Positions 18,861 to 29,109 of a DNA stretch of 64,000 bases are shown here, piece after piece (position 1 is the first letter of the stretch; every line of letters begins with the position of its first letter). The translations under genes and the position numbers were made by a program. Source of the stretch: Terriglobia bacterium (GTDB lineage Bacteria > Acidobacteriota > Terriglobia > 20CM-2-55-15); the NCBI GenBank assembly GCA_965198225.1, contig CBDAOY010000005.1, positions 192,001 to 256,000 of the forward strand, given 5' to 3'. The notes beneath the pieces are model-generated. The model was not told where the DNA came from. It did not search any database and was given only the letters and a program-made list of their open reading frames with translations.

Positions 18861-20091
18861 TGGCGCCGTATGCCCGGCCGCCCTTGAACGTCGCAAACGG
18901 CTGCAACAAGCGGCTCCCCGTCCTCTGGTCGCCAGCCGAGTCGATGAATTCAAAGGCTCCCTCCGACACTCTGAACAACGCTACGTCGGCCTCGGCCCCT
19001 TCGCGAAGGGTTCCGAGACTCTGCGACCGACCGAAGATACGAGCCGGAGTGCTCGTCGCGCTTGCGATGACCTGCTCGAGCGTCATTCCGAGGTGCAGAA
19101 ACTTCGACAAGGTGGTCGGGAGGCCAAACACCGGGCCGGCTGCATTGCCTTCATGGACATCGCTCGAGATCACGTCCGGAAACACCCCCTGTTCGACAAT
19201 TTTCTCGGCCGTGCCGAACGAAAAGTTCCCGCGACCATGGCCGATATCGAAGAAGACTCCTCTCTCGGAAGCCTCGCGGGCCGCAGCCAACACGACGCCG
19301 TCCTCGTCCAGGATACTGCCCCGGGCCCGGTAGGCATGCGTCACGACATCCCCCGGCCGCAGCATTCGAAGAAGCTCCGACAATGGAGAGGGGGATCCGC
19401 CGATGTGAACCATCAGTGGCAATCCTGTCGCCCCACAGGCCTCGAGAGCCAGCGCGAGAGCCTCGCGATCGCGACCGCCTTCGATGTTCGGTGTCATCCG
19501 CACTTTCATGCCGACGATCACGTCCCGATTGTCTTCGATCGTCCGCACGGCGGCCTCGACGTCGGCGTAGGACAGGAGGGCGAGTTCGTTGGAGTGGGTA
19601 AGGCCAATCGAGGAAATGTTCAGGAGAGACAGAACCCGGGTCGCAGCGTTGTTGACGACGTACTTGCGGAACCCTGGGAATGTTGTCGCGCCCGCCGACC
19701 CGCCGTCGATGAGGGTGGTCACGCCTTTCGCCACGCCGACCACGTCGGCAGGAATGCCGAAACGCACGACGCCATCGTAAATGTGAACGTGGATATCGAT
19801 GAGACCCGGCGTAACGATGTGTCCGCCGGCGCTGATCACTCGACGGCCCGAGGATCGGGGAATATCGGCGGCAACACGAGAGATCTTCCCACCAGTGATC
19901 GCCACGTCACGGACGGCCGAGAGGTTTTCGGAAGGGTCGATCACCCGACCGCCCTTTATCAGAACGTCGTAGCGATCGTCCTCCTGCTTCTCGAACGGAC
20001 TACCTCCGACCGACCCGGCGGGGAAGCCCGCCGCGAAACAGGCGCCGACTCCTATCCCGCGAAGGAATTCCCTGCGCGAGGATTCCTTCAT
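18850..20091 (-). CDS. Amidohydrolase/deacetylase-family metallohydrolase (dihydroorotase-like) with Tat signal
   Basis: MKESSRREFL twin-arginine signal; PGLIDIHVH, GMKVR, MVHIG, THAY and ISSDVH metal ligands. Confidence 0.9.
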   Translation of the reverse strand: MKESSRREFLRGIGVGACFAAGFPAGSVGGSPFEKQEDDRYDVLIKGGRVIDPSENLSAVRDVAITGGKISRVAADIPRSSGRRVISAGGHIVTPGLIDIHVHIYDGVVRFGIPADVVGVAKGVTTLIDGGSAGATTFPGFRKYVVNNAATRVLSLLNISSIGLTHSNELALLSYADVEAAVRTIEDNRDVIVGMKVRMTPNIEGGRDREALALALEACGATGLPLMVHIGGSPSPLSELLRMLRPGDVVTHAYRARGSILDEDGVVLAAAREASERGVFFDIGHGRGNFSFGTAEKIVEQGVFPDVISSDVHEGNAAGPVFGLPTTLSKFLHLGMTLEQVIASATSTPARIFGRSQSLGTLREGAEADVALFRVSEGAFEFIDSAGDQRTGSRLLQPFATFKGGRAYGAITA

Positions 20092-20117
20092 CAAGTCCTC
20101 CCGACCCTCTGCACGCC

Positions 20118-20621
20118 CTATGCCCAGGGATTCTCGTCCGCGCTCGGACCGTAAATCGACGGCACGGGAACATTCAACAGGCGAAGGTAGACCGACATCT
20201 GACCCCGGTGATGGTACCAATGGTTCAGCATGATCGAGCGAACCACGCCGATCCGAGGGACCGCCATCAGCTCCTGCCCTCCCTTCATGGCCTTCCATGT
20301 CGCCATCGCCGCCGCGTCATCCATGCCGTCTAGAATCTCCCGCGCCTTGTTGACACCCTCGTCGTGCGTGGCCAGCATATCTTCGACCGACGACGCCGAC
20401 GGTGCCTCACCGAAGTCGGGCACTTCCACTTCGTCCTGGGCAGCCATTCCGGCGATGTCTCCAGGAGCGCTGGCGATGTGCTGCGCCAGTTGGCCGAGCG
20501 ACATGGATTTCTCGTGCGGCTTCCAGTCGAGCTTGTCGCCTGGGACCCGCTCGAGGACGCGTCTGGTCGTCGCGGCTTCCTGGTCGAACTCCATCAATAT
20601 TGAATCGACGATGCGTGGCAT
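20118..20621 (-). CDS. DinB-family protein
   Basis: WKPHEKSMSLGQLAQHIA and NHWYHHRGQMSVYLRLL..PVPSIYGPSAD motifs; AAGGAG RBS. Confidence 0.92.
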   Translation of the reverse strand: MPRIVDSILMEFDQEAATTRRVLERVPGDKLDWKPHEKSMSLGQLAQHIASAPGDIAGMAAQDEVEVPDFGEAPSASSVEDMLATHDEGVNKAREILDGMDDAAAMATWKAMKGGQELMAVPRIGVVRSIMLNHWYHHRGQMSVYLRLLNVPVPSIYGPSADENPWA

Positions 20622-20671
20622 GGTGAACTCCTTACTCTATGAATTGCTTGATTGGGTCGGTATTGTCGGCA

Positions 20672-21505
20672 CTACTCCAATGGCGTGTCGTCCCTGTTGG
20701 CCCACTCGGCCATCGACCCGTCATAGACCCGCACCGGGCCCTGCCCGGTGAGTTCCAGCGCGAACGCCACGAATGCCGCCCGGACCGCCGCCTGACAGTA
20801 GGTAACGGTTTCGGCTCCAGGATCGATTCCGGTCGCGGATAGAATGGCCTGGATCTCCTCCGGGGACCGAAAGCGCCGGACGGCCTGCGGGTCCTTTGAG
20901 TTTTCAAGCAACCGGTTCCACTCCAGGTGAAGGGCTCCAGGGACATGCCCGACACGTTCGTTGCCGTGAGCGGCCTTCCCGTGGTATTCGTCGTCGGAAC
21001 GAGCGTCGATGACATGGAGGCTGGCGTGGCCCTCCATCAGTTCCCCGACAGAAATCAAACGGTCCGGTTGAAGTTGCGCTGTCAGAGCCGGCGCCTCCCG
21101 AGCCGGAACCGTTTCGTAAGACACGGGTAGTCCAGCCGAAACCCACCCCTGCCATCCTCCGTCCAGGATCTTCACTTGCGCGTGCCCGTAATAGCGGAAG
21201 ACCCACCAGAGACGGGTCGCGAATAGCGTTCCCCAGTCGTCGTAGGCCACGACCGTTGTTTCGGGACCAACGCCCAGGTCGGAGGCGAGCTTCTGAAACT
21301 CCTCGAAAGAAGGCAGGTGCAACTTCGGGTTTCCGGAGTCGTCCTCGCCTTTCACGTAGGCGTGACCCCCTCGACACAGGGCCCCGGGGACATGGGCGCG
21401 CGCGTAGCTCGACTGTTCCCAGGGACAGTCGACGACGACGATGGAATCGTCGCCTCTATTCTCATGGAGCCACTCCGGGCTGACGAGCGATTCAGGGTAA
21501 GTCAT
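20672..21505 (-). CDS. Two-domain rhodanese sulfurtransferase (SseA/MST-like)
   Basis: HVPGA twice, LDGGWQGW, active-site TYCQAAVRA and VYDGSMAEW. Confidence 0.92.
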   Translation of the reverse strand: MTYPESLVSPEWLHENRGDDSIVVVDCPWEQSSYARAHVPGALCRGGHAYVKGEDDSGNPKLHLPSFEEFQKLASDLGVGPETTVVAYDDWGTLFATRLWWVFRYYGHAQVKILDGGWQGWVSAGLPVSYETVPAREAPALTAQLQPDRLISVGELMEGHASLHVIDARSDDEYHGKAAHGNERVGHVPGALHLEWNRLLENSKDPQAVRRFRSPEEIQAILSATGIDPGAETVTYCQAAVRAAFVAFALELTGQGPVRVYDGSMAEWANRDDTPLE

Positions 21506-21588
21506 AGTTTCTTTTCGGAGAATATGGAGTGTAGCGCGATTGTGCGACGTGCGTGAACATCAATTGAGGGCCGGCGCGCAGGCGCACA

Positions 21589-21999
21589 TCAGCCGTCTGC
21601 TGGCCGGAAGGTGTAGCACCAGGCTTCACCCTCCAGCACCGTCTCGCCCCCCTGGCGCCGAACCTCGACCTTGAGCTGCGTCACCGGCTTGGTGTCGTGA
21701 ACGCTCACGATCTCGGCTTCGGCCGTGATGGTGTCGCCGATAAAGACGGGAGCGGTGAACCTCCAGTTCTGGCTGAGAAAGACCGTTCCCGGGCCCGGCA
21801 TGTCCATCGCGACGAGGGCGTGAAGCAAACCCGTCGTCAAGCCGCCCTGGACGACGAGCCTTTCAAACTTCGTCTTGGAGACGAACGCCTCGTCGAAATG
21901 GAGGGGGTTGTAGTCACCCGAGATCTCGGCGAACGACTTCACGTGCTCTACGCCCAGGGTGAGCGACCGGCTGGCCTTCTGTCCGACTTCCAGCTCCAT
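21589..21999 (-). CDS. MaoC-family (R)-hydratase/dehydratase
   Basis: FAEISGDYNPLH, PGPGTVFLSQ and F.APVFIGDT motifs; start MELEVGQKAS. Confidence 0.9.
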   Translation of the reverse strand: MELEVGQKASRSLTLGVEHVKSFAEISGDYNPLHFDEAFVSKTKFERLVVQGGLTTGLLHALVAMDMPGPGTVFLSQNWRFTAPVFIGDTITAEAEIVSVHDTKPVTQLKVEVRRQGGETVLEGEAWCYTFRPADG

Positions 22000-22013
22000 C
22001 GGGACCAGTCCGG

Positions 22014-22247
22014 TCAGCCCCGCGCCAGGGGGTCTGGGAAACGCCGGACGCGCCGCAGCGTCACGAAAGTCGCGACGTGGAATGCGATGATGACAAAGGC
22101 CCCGACCTGAAGGATCGTCCACTCCAGACGGAGGTCCGCCTCGCCACGCCGGATGTCGCTGAGCGCCAGATGACTGACCAGAAGAACAAGAGTCGAGGCA
22201 GCTCCCAACGCGAGCGTGAACGCGGTCGTCTTTCTCAAACTTTGCAT
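22014..22247 (-). CDS. Small 2-TM hypothetical protein
   Basis: GAGG RBS; MQSLRKTTAF...SHLALSDIRRGEADLRLEW...; codirectional with maoC. Confidence 0.6.
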   Translation of the reverse strand: MQSLRKTTAFTLALGAASTLVLLVSHLALSDIRRGEADLRLEWTILQVGAFVIIAFHVATFVTLRRVRRFPDPLARG

Positions 22248-22304
22248 TTCGACCTCTATCGTCGTGGGTGACGGCAAGTGTATCATGCGCCCAGGAGTTG
22301 ATTG

Positions 22305-22799
22305 ATGAGCTCGTCCCCCTCGCCAGTCGTCGCCACGTTGGAGGCGCTTGGCGTCGACTTCGAAACCATCGCAATCGATCCAGCGTTCGCCGATACCGCT
22401 GCATTCTGCGAGAAATACGGATATCCGCTCGAGAAGTCCGCCAACACGATCATCGTGGTCTCGAAAAGAGGGCCCAAGAAACATGCCGCATGTGTCGTGC
22501 TGGCAACTCACTTTCTGGACGTGAACAAGCGCGTCCGCAAACTGATGGAAGTTTCGCGGGCTTCATTCGCTTCGGCGGAACAGATGAAGGAGTTGACCGG
22601 CATGGAAGTAGGTGGTGTCACGCCGATGTCGCTTCCCGAGGGCCTCCCGCTCTATGTCGATGAGCGGGTGATGCAATGTGACTGGATCATCCTGGGCGGG
22701 GGTGGACGGGATCTCAAGATAAAGACTTCGCCCGAAGTCTTTACGAAGCTGGGAGCCGCGATCGTATCGGACCTGGGGATGGAGCCGCGGAAAGAATAG
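22305..22799 (+). CDS. YbaK/EbsC (aminoacyl-tRNA editing) family protein
   Basis: ADTAAFCEKYG, SANTIIV, LTGMEVGGVTP and ILGGGGR..KI motifs; AGGAG RBS. Confidence 0.88.
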   Translation: MSSSPSPVVATLEALGVDFETIAIDPAFADTAAFCEKYGYPLEKSANTIIVVSKRGPKKHAACVVLATHFLDVNKRVRKLMEVSRASFASAEQMKELTGMEVGGVTPMSLPEGLPLYVDERVMQCDWIILGGGGRDLKIKTSPEVFTKLGAAIVSDLGMEPRKE

Positions 22800-22940
22800 A
22801 TAGGTGGGGGGACCGTCCGGCGTTTGCGTTCCCGAAACACAGGCCTACGCATGCTGTAGGCGCACTCTGCAACCAAGGGACTGCGTGGGACGGTGGGCCC
22901 GACGCTAATTGATGGTCCGGGTCATAGACCGCACCTACAC
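22800..22940. repeat. REP-like cluster between convergent genes
   Basis: Contains gggacggtgggcccgacgctaa (reverse complement of the 61.6-kb repeat unit) and gtcatagaccgcacctaca (GTAG-type REP). Confidence 0.65.
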
Positions 22941-22972
22941 CTCCGTTTGGACGCACACTTCTCCAAAATCCA

Positions 22973-23523
22973 CTACTTGAAATCCGTTTCCATCCGTTTG
23001 AGGTCCGAACCTTCTCCCATGGCGATCAGGTAATCACCCACCTCGATCCGGGTACTCGGCGCGGGATTGAAGAGCATCGTCTCCTCGGGTTTCTGGATGG
23101 CGAGAACGATCAGGCCGTAGTTCTGACGGATTCCGGATTGTTCGAGCGTCTTTGAGGCTACCGGGCTCGACGGAGATACTCCGACCTGGCCGATCTCGAG
23201 ATCCTTCTCCGAGGATTTGCTGAACGCAGTTGCGATGTCGAGGAAGCTGAGCACGTGCGGCTGGAGCAACGATTGTGCGAGACGGTGCCCGATGAACGGA
23301 TACGGGGTCAGGACGGTATCGGCGCCCGCGATGCGAAGACCCGTCCCTGGGTACTCATCGGGTGTAGCTCGCCGAAACCCACCGTCGTCAGCGTGATCAA
23401 AGCCATGTAGAAACTGTCGAACCACGACCACCCCTCGACGACGTGAAAGCCGATGGTGCCGGCGGCGAGCACGACGCTCAACAGGCCAAATATGAGCAGT
23501 AATCGTCTTGTCAACGAATCCAT
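22973..23523 (-). pseudogene. Potassium channel/TrkA (Kch-like) gene with internal deletion and frameshift
   Basis: The N-terminal TM1 and pore (LITLTTVGFGE) stop at QGRVFAS. A different frame resumes at LRIAGADTVLTPY and continues into a TrkA-C domain. TM2 and most of the RCK N-lobe are missing. Confidence 0.82.
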
Positions 23524-23671
23524 CTCTGCGTCCACAAACTGTATAGCAGATTTGGCAACGGAATGAGCCGACCTTGCAAGGATTTGCGCGGACTATGCGG
23601 CGAGCGTGTTGACGCGATTACCTGCCGGACAGCGTCCGGTCGGAAAGCATGGCTTCAGCCCAAGTCTTTTG

Positions 23672-23750
23672 TCAACACGGAGGCACGAGGAACACGATGG
23701 AAATCATGTTTCTTTTTCCGGCCTTCGTGAACTTCGTGTCTTCGTGTTGA
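23672..23750. repeat. Inverted pair of 9-mer-periodic repeats (caacacggaggcacgaggaacacga / ttcgtgaacttcgtgtcttcgtgttga)
   Basis: Same family at ~28505, 29001-29077, ~46097, 56925-57005 and ~60535. Confidence 0.65.
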
Positions 23751-23771
23751 ACACGAGGCCTTGCAGGTTCG

Positions 23772-25430
23772 CTACCAGCCTATGGCCAGGCCATCTTTGC
23801 GTGGATCGGACCCGCCCATCAACGCTCCCGACACGGGGTCGATGATGATTCCCTGGTAGCCACCGAAAGCACCGAACGAATCGATGATGCTGTGGCCTTT
23901 CCGGGACAGGCCGAAACGGACGTTCCCGTCGATAGCCGACTCGAGCGCGACACCACGACTGGAATGGCGGAAACGCGGCGCTTCGCCTGCGTGCTGAACG
24001 TCCATCCCGAAGTCGACTACGTTGGCCACGACCTGCACATGGCCTTGGGGCTGCATGTCCCCACCCATCACGCCGAAGGAGAAGAACGGTTGTCCATCCT
24101 TGAGCACCATCGCGGGAACGAGAGTGTGAAACGGCCGCTTCCGCGGGGCAACGCGGTTGCGGTGGCTGGGATCCAGGACAAACGATCCGCCCCGGTTGTG
24201 GAGCGCGATGCCCGTATCGCCCGCAACGACACCGGAGCCGAAGGACGAGAACAGGCTATTGATGAACGATACGACGTTGTGATCGCCGTCGACGACCGTG
24301 AAATACACCGTGTCGCCCTCCTCCGACATTCCCGGCGGGGCTTCACGCTGGGCGCGATCCGGATCGATCAGGCGACGGCGTTCGGCGGCGTACTCCTTGG
24401 AGATGATCGTGGCCGTGGGCAGGTCGACGTGATCGGGGTCGGCGATGAAGACCTCGCGGTCCGCAAAGGCCAGTTTCTTGGCCTCGACCATCGTGTGGAG
24501 ATAATCGACCGAATTGTGCCCCATCGCTTTCAGGTCGAAACCTTCGAGGATGTTCAACATCTCCAGCGCGGCGATCCCCTGCGTGTTGGGCGGCATCTCG
24601 TAAACTTCATGGCCGCGGTAGGTCGTCGAGACGGGCTCGACCCACTGGGCATCGAATTCCTCGAGGTCCGCGAGCGTCAACAGACCGCCGAGCTCATCCG
24701 ATGTCTGGACGATCTTGTGGGCGATCTCGCCCTTGTAGTAAGCGTCGCGACCCTCGTCGGCGATCAGTCGAAGGGTCCGAGCGAGGTTGGGACTCCGAAA
24801 CACCTCGCCGTGCCGGGGGGCCCTCCCATCGATCAGGTAGGTTTCCGTCGCGGCGGGGTTGCGCCTCAACTTTCCGGCTGCGCCCGACCACTGACCGGCG
24901 ATGATCTCGGAGACCGGGAACCCATTCTCCGCGTAAAAGATCGCCGGCTCGAGAATGCGGGACATCGGCAGCTTGCCGTAGCGCTCGTGGAGCTTGAACC
25001 ACCCGGCGACGGCACCGGGCACCGAGACCGAGTGGATGTCACCCGGAATCCGGCTCATTCCGTGCGCCCTGAAGTAGTCGAGAGTGGCTTTCGAGCCCGC
25101 CCAACCACTGCCGTTCAGAGCCGTAACCTTGCCGTCCTCCTGCATGTAGAGCAGGGCAAACATGTCGCCGCCGATGCCGGTCATCGGTGGTTCGACGACG
25201 TTGAGAACGGCCGCGGCCGCGATCGCGGCGTCGACGGCATTTCCCCCTTCCATCAGTATGCTGAGGGCCGCTGTGGAGGCCAAAGGCTGGCTGGTTGCCA
25301 CCATTCCGTTCATCGCCAGCACGGGAGACCGGGTACCCTGCGTGTGGGTCGCCGGCCGGTCGCCATGCTGTAGTCCGAAGGCGAGGCCCGCCGTCAGCAG
25401 GACAGCTGCCAACGTCTTGATCGCTTTCAT
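23772..25430 (-). CDS. ggt: Gamma-glutamyltransferase, exported
   Basis: GGNAVDAAIA, GIGGD, catalytic Thr in GDTVYFT, KRPFHTLVP, GVMGGDMQPQGH and GGSDPRKDG; signal peptide. Confidence 0.95.
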   Translation of the reverse strand: MKAIKTLAAVLLTAGLAFGLQHGDRPATHTQGTRSPVLAMNGMVATSQPLASTAALSILMEGGNAVDAAIAAAAVLNVVEPPMTGIGGDMFALLYMQEDGKVTALNGSGWAGSKATLDYFRAHGMSRIPGDIHSVSVPGAVAGWFKLHERYGKLPMSRILEPAIFYAENGFPVSEIIAGQWSGAAGKLRRNPAATETYLIDGRAPRHGEVFRSPNLARTLRLIADEGRDAYYKGEIAHKIVQTSDELGGLLTLADLEEFDAQWVEPVSTTYRGHEVYEMPPNTQGIAALEMLNILEGFDLKAMGHNSVDYLHTMVEAKKLAFADREVFIADPDHVDLPTATIISKEYAAERRRLIDPDRAQREAPPGMSEEGDTVYFTVVDGDHNVVSFINSLFSSFGSGVVAGDTGIALHNRGGSFVLDPSHRNRVAPRKRPFHTLVPAMVLKDGQPFFSFGVMGGDMQPQGHVQVVANVVDFGMDVQHAGEAPRFRHSSRGVALESAIDGNVRFGLSRKGHSIIDSFGAFGGYQGIIIDPVSGALMGGSDPRKDGLAIGW

Positions 25431-25579
25431 GGTTTGTCCTCCAACGTCGCAGTGAATTCGCATTTCGTCAGCTTAATCAGAACCGCCTGTATCGCTTGGG
25501 TTTGGAAGAATCTAACATCCGACCGGAAGAGTGTCTAATCAAAACCGGCTGCTGCTGCGGTTGCTATAATCGGGGCGCT

Positions 25580-26200
25580 ATGCGCATCACACATTTGCTC
25601 CGGTGGCTGGGCGTTCTGACGCTCGGCGGATACGTGTTCGTAGGGTTCACTCCGTTTGCGAACGTGCTCGCTTTTCACCTGATGGCGGACTTCGAGCTTG
25701 CGCCCGCCGACGCGGTCGTCGTTCTGGGCGGAGGATTGGGTGCGGACGGGGAAATGGGAGTCGCCTCGCTGAAGCGTGCCGTGCGTGGCATGGAACTTTA
25801 CCAGTTGGGATACGCACCGCTTCTGGCACTGCTCGGCCCGCAGTCCGTCGAGAACTCTCCCTCGGAAGCGTCCCTCCGGCGGTTACTCGCTCTGACCATG
25901 CAGATACCACCCGAGGACATCGTTACAGAGCCGCGAGGCCTGACCACGCGGGACGAGGCGAGGCTGATGAAAGAGGTGCTGACCCCGATGGGAGTGCGGA
26001 GCATTCTTCTCGTGAGCGATTCACAGCACCTCATTCGCGCGCGGATCCTTTTTGAAAACGAGGGTTTCGAAGTCCTGACCGCGCCCGCAGACGTCATGTC
26101 GGTCCTGAGCAGTGGCCCAACGGCGCGGCTCAGCCTCGTGGAGTGGGTGCTGCGGGAACAGGGAGCGCGGCTCTACTACCAAGCTTCGGGATATCTCTAA
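25580..26200 (+). CDS. YdcF/DUF218 family protein
   Basis: ADAVVVLGGG, SEA, E.RGLTTRDEA and LLVSDSQH..RA motifs. Confidence 0.88.
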   Translation: MRITHLLRWLGVLTLGGYVFVGFTPFANVLAFHLMADFELAPADAVVVLGGGLGADGEMGVASLKRAVRGMELYQLGYAPLLALLGPQSVENSPSEASLRRLLALTMQIPPEDIVTEPRGLTTRDEARLMKEVLTPMGVRSILLVSDSQHLIRARILFENEGFEVLTAPADVMSVLSSGPTARLSLVEWVLREQGARLYYQASGYL

Positions 26201-26518
26201 ATGACAACACTGACACTGCTAGCCCTTGGGATCGGGACATCGTTCGGGGCGTACCTGATCGGAACCCGACGGTTGAGATTCTCTCGAGCAGCTTTGGGTG
26301 AAGGTTTGGGCAGGCTCGCGGAGTCGATTGGCGTCTCGGTCGCTTTCTTCGTCGTCAACGCAACAGCCGTCGTCGTCATCGCACTTGTTTCGCGCGCGGC
26401 TGGACGCTTCGTCTCACTCTATACTGCGACCGATCCCATTCTGATAGTCCTCTCCTTGGTCCAGGCCGCCGCCTTCCAGTTCTGGCGTTACAGCCACGGC
26501 CACAATGGCAAGGAATGA
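26201..26518 (+). CDS. Small membrane hypothetical protein
   Basis: Three hydrophobic segments; tightly coupled between ydcF and alkA. Confidence 0.7.
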   Translation: MTTLTLLALGIGTSFGAYLIGTRRLRFSRAALGEGLGRLAESIGVSVAFFVVNATAVVVIALVSRAAGRFVSLYTATDPILIVLSLVQAAAFQFWRYSHGHNGKE

Positions 26519-27153
26519 AACGCTATGCCGACAAGATCGATGCGGGGGTAAGGCACCTTCGGTCCCATGATCCCGTGATCCGGGCTGTCATCCGGATGTG
26601 TCCACCCCTGACATCGCTCCGCCTGGAACGAAATCGCTTTCGCTCGCTCGCAAACTCGATCCTGTCACAGCAGATCTCCATATACGCAGCCCGGTCGGTC
26701 CGAGGCCGTCTGGTCGGACAGGTCGGACCCGGTGGATTCACTCCAGCGAGAATCGCCAGACTGAGCGTGGAAGAGCTTCGTGCGATCGGTGTGTCCCGGC
26801 CCAAAGCGCGCTACCTTCTAGACCTTGCTGAGAAGGTGGACTCGGGGCAGGTTCGACTGAATCGGCTTGGGCGCCTTAACGACGATGAAGTGGTCCGGGA
26901 GTTGGTTGGAGTCAAAGGAATCGGCGTCTGGACTGCCCAGATGTTCCTGATCTTCGCCCTCGGACGCATGGATGTCATGCCGTGGGACGATTTCGGCGTT
27001 CGCGCCGCGATCCGGCGCCTTTATGGTCTGGAGACCCTTCCGGACAAGAAGACGTGCCTGGAGATCGCCGAGCCATGGCGCCCGTACGCGACCATCGCCT
27101 GCTGGTATTGCTGGCGGAGCCATGAGATGGAGATGGGGAGGAAGAAATCGTAG
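26515..27153 (+). CDS. DNA-3-methyladenine glycosylase (AlkA/HhH-GPD family)
   Basis: ILSQQIS, VKGIGVWTAQMFLIF, MPWDDFGVR and WRPYATIACWYCW motifs. Confidence 0.92.
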   Translation: MKRYADKIDAGVRHLRSHDPVIRAVIRMCPPLTSLRLERNRFRSLANSILSQQISIYAARSVRGRLVGQVGPGGFTPARIARLSVEELRAIGVSRPKARYLLDLAEKVDSGQVRLNRLGRLNDDEVVRELVGVKGIGVWTAQMFLIFALGRMDVMPWDDFGVRAAIRRLYGLETLPDKKTCLEIAEPWRPYATIACWYCWRSHEMEMGRKKS

Positions 27154-27180
27154 GCCGTTATCCGTAGGCCGTTGTCGGGT

Positions 27181-27249
27181 TGTAGGTGCGCTCTATGAGC
27201 GCACGACCTCGCATGCAGGACCAATGTGCGGTCATAGACCGCACCTACA
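27181..27249. repeat. GTAG-type REP doublet (REPIN-like)
   Basis: tgtaggtgcgctctatgagcgcac ... gtgcggtcatagaccgcacctaca in inverted orientation; same arrangement at 61911-61979. Confidence 0.8.
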
Positions 27250-28371
27250 CTAGGCCGCTGGGCGCTTCTTCCCGAACAGACCCTTCAGGATGGATTTCTT
27301 CTGGCTGACGACCACGCGGTTCTTGCCGTCCTTCTTCGCTTCGTAGAGCGCTCCATCGGCCGAGGCGACGAGTTGCTCGGCCGTCTCGCTGCCCGTGAAG
27401 CTTGCCAGTCCGCAGCTTGCGGTGAAGCGGACGAAACCCTCGGGGTCTCCCGACCGGAGTTCGTAGCGTGTCGAGGCGATTTCGCGCAGTAGTTCGGAAA
27501 ACTTCGACTCCGCCTGATCCAGCGTAACGCCGTCCAGGAGAATCGCAAATTCCTCACCGCCGTAGCGGGCGACCAGGTCCTCGGTACGCACACATTTCTT
27601 CAGGATCTGCGCGGCTCCCAGCAACACGCGATCGCCGACCTGGTGTCCCATCGTGTCGTTGATTTGCTTGAAGTTGTCCAGGTCGAGCAGGGCCAAAACG
27701 AAGCCGGCCCCCGTCGAAGGGTGCTGCCGGATCCATTTCCGGATGGAGTCGTCAAAGCAGCCCCGATTCGCGACCTGAGTCAGGGGATCGATCAATGCGT
27801 CTTCCTCTGCTCGAGCCAACCGGGTCTGCAGGGTTTCGATCTTGCCGGACAGATGGGAGTGACTTTCCTGGTCGCTCTTCCGCTGTTCCTCCACGAGTCG
27901 GTTCAGGTCGTGTGCTTCGGTCTTGATCTGTTCTTTGAGTAGCTGGATGTCGTTGATCTCCAGCAGGCCTTGAAATCGCCGGGATGATGCGATCAGGCTA
28001 TCGCTGAATTCCGCAGATTGACCGGCGAGCGTCCGTACTGTCTCGCGCAGCACATCGATGATCTCGATGAACTCGATCTCCCGGTTGAGAGCGTGCTCGC
28101 GGGCTTGACTGAAAAACCTCTCGCAGGCTGTGAGACACGACTCTGCCAGCACCTGGATCGACTTGCCGCTTTCAAGATCGAGATCGGCGATGAGTTTGCG
28201 AAATCCTCCGAGCTCGGACCGGAACTCCGGTGTTGTCTTGAGGCTCTCGTTACCGACCGCGACATCTGAGAGCAGGGCCAGCAGGCGATCGATAACGTCC
28301 AGTAACTCGTTCGAAAGGTTCCTGGTGGAACGCTTTTCTTCGACCGGATTCAACTCAACCAATTCGGACAT
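27250..28371 (-). CDS. Diguanylate cyclase (coiled coil plus GGDEF domain)
   Basis: DPLTQVANR, DLDNFKQINDTMGHQVGD, I-site RTED and GGEEF. Confidence 0.93.
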   Translation of the reverse strand: MSELVELNPVEEKRSTRNLSNELLDVIDRLLALLSDVAVGNESLKTTPEFRSELGGFRKLIADLDLESGKSIQVLAESCLTACERFFSQAREHALNREIEFIEIIDVLRETVRTLAGQSAEFSDSLIASSRRFQGLLEINDIQLLKEQIKTEAHDLNRLVEEQRKSDQESHSHLSGKIETLQTRLARAEEDALIDPLTQVANRGCFDDSIRKWIRQHPSTGAGFVLALLDLDNFKQINDTMGHQVGDRVLLGAAQILKKCVRTEDLVARYGGEEFAILLDGVTLDQAESKFSELLREIASTRYELRSGDPEGFVRFTASCGLASFTGSETAEQLVASADGALYEAKKDGKNRVVVSQKKSILKGLFGKKRPAA

Positions 28372-28575
28372 GCACTTCTCCCACAGGAATTGCTGCGTCT
28401 CAATCACCACATCGACCGACCAAGTCTGGTACTTTAGGCCCAAAACAGAACATGGGATTGGCCACGGAAGCACAGTGGCACAGATTTCTTACTGAAAAAT
28501 CCCTTCCGTGCCGCTGTGCCTCCGTGGTTAATGATCCTAAGGTTCGATCAAACGGTTGATACCAAGAGGGATAAG

Positions 28576-28995
28576 ATGAAATCTTACCGCGAAGAGCTTT
28601 GGTTCGAGACCGCTGACAGGCGGGACTATATCAACATTACGCCCCGGGTTGAGGAGGCGCTTCGCCGCAGCGAAGTTCGGGAAGGCTTGTGCCTGGTCAA
28701 CGCCATGCACATCTCGGCCAGTGTGTACATCAACGACGATGAATCGGGGCTGATCCAGGACTATGACGACTTCCTCGAACGGCTGGTCCCGCACGCGCCG
28801 ATCGATCAATACCGGCACAACGACACCGGCGAAGACAACGCCGACGCTCACATCAAGCGACAACTGATGGGGCGTGAGGTGGTCGTCGCAGTCACCGAAG
28901 GCCGGCTCGACTTCGGCCCATGGGAACAGATCTTCTACGGTGAATTCGACGGCCGCCGCCGCAAACGCGTCCTGGTCAAGATCATCGGCGAATAG
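28576..28995 (+). CDS. yjbQ: YjbQ/UPF0047 family protein
   Basis: [21 protein letters not shown] and [17 protein letters not shown] motifs. Confidence 0.92.
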   Translation: MKSYREELWFETADRRDYINITPRVEEALRRSEVREGLCLVNAMHISASVYINDDESGLIQDYDDFLERLVPHAPIDQYRHNDTGEDNADAHIKRQLMGREVVVAVTEGRLDFGPWEQIFYGEFDGRRRKRVLVKIIGE

Positions 28996-29000
28996 GAAGA

Positions 29001-29077
29001 ATAACCACGGAGGCGCGAAGGCACGGAGAGAACAACAGATTTCCAAGAACTCCGCGCCTCTGTGCCTCGGTGGTTAT
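29001..29077. repeat. Inverted repeat pair between convergent yjbQ and priA (possible bidirectional terminator)
   Basis: ataaccacggaggcgcgaaggcacggag / ctccgcgcctctgtgcctcggtggttat. Confidence 0.7.
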
Positions 29078-29109
29078 TCCCTTCCTTGCCTTCTTCTTGA
29101 ACCGATCGT

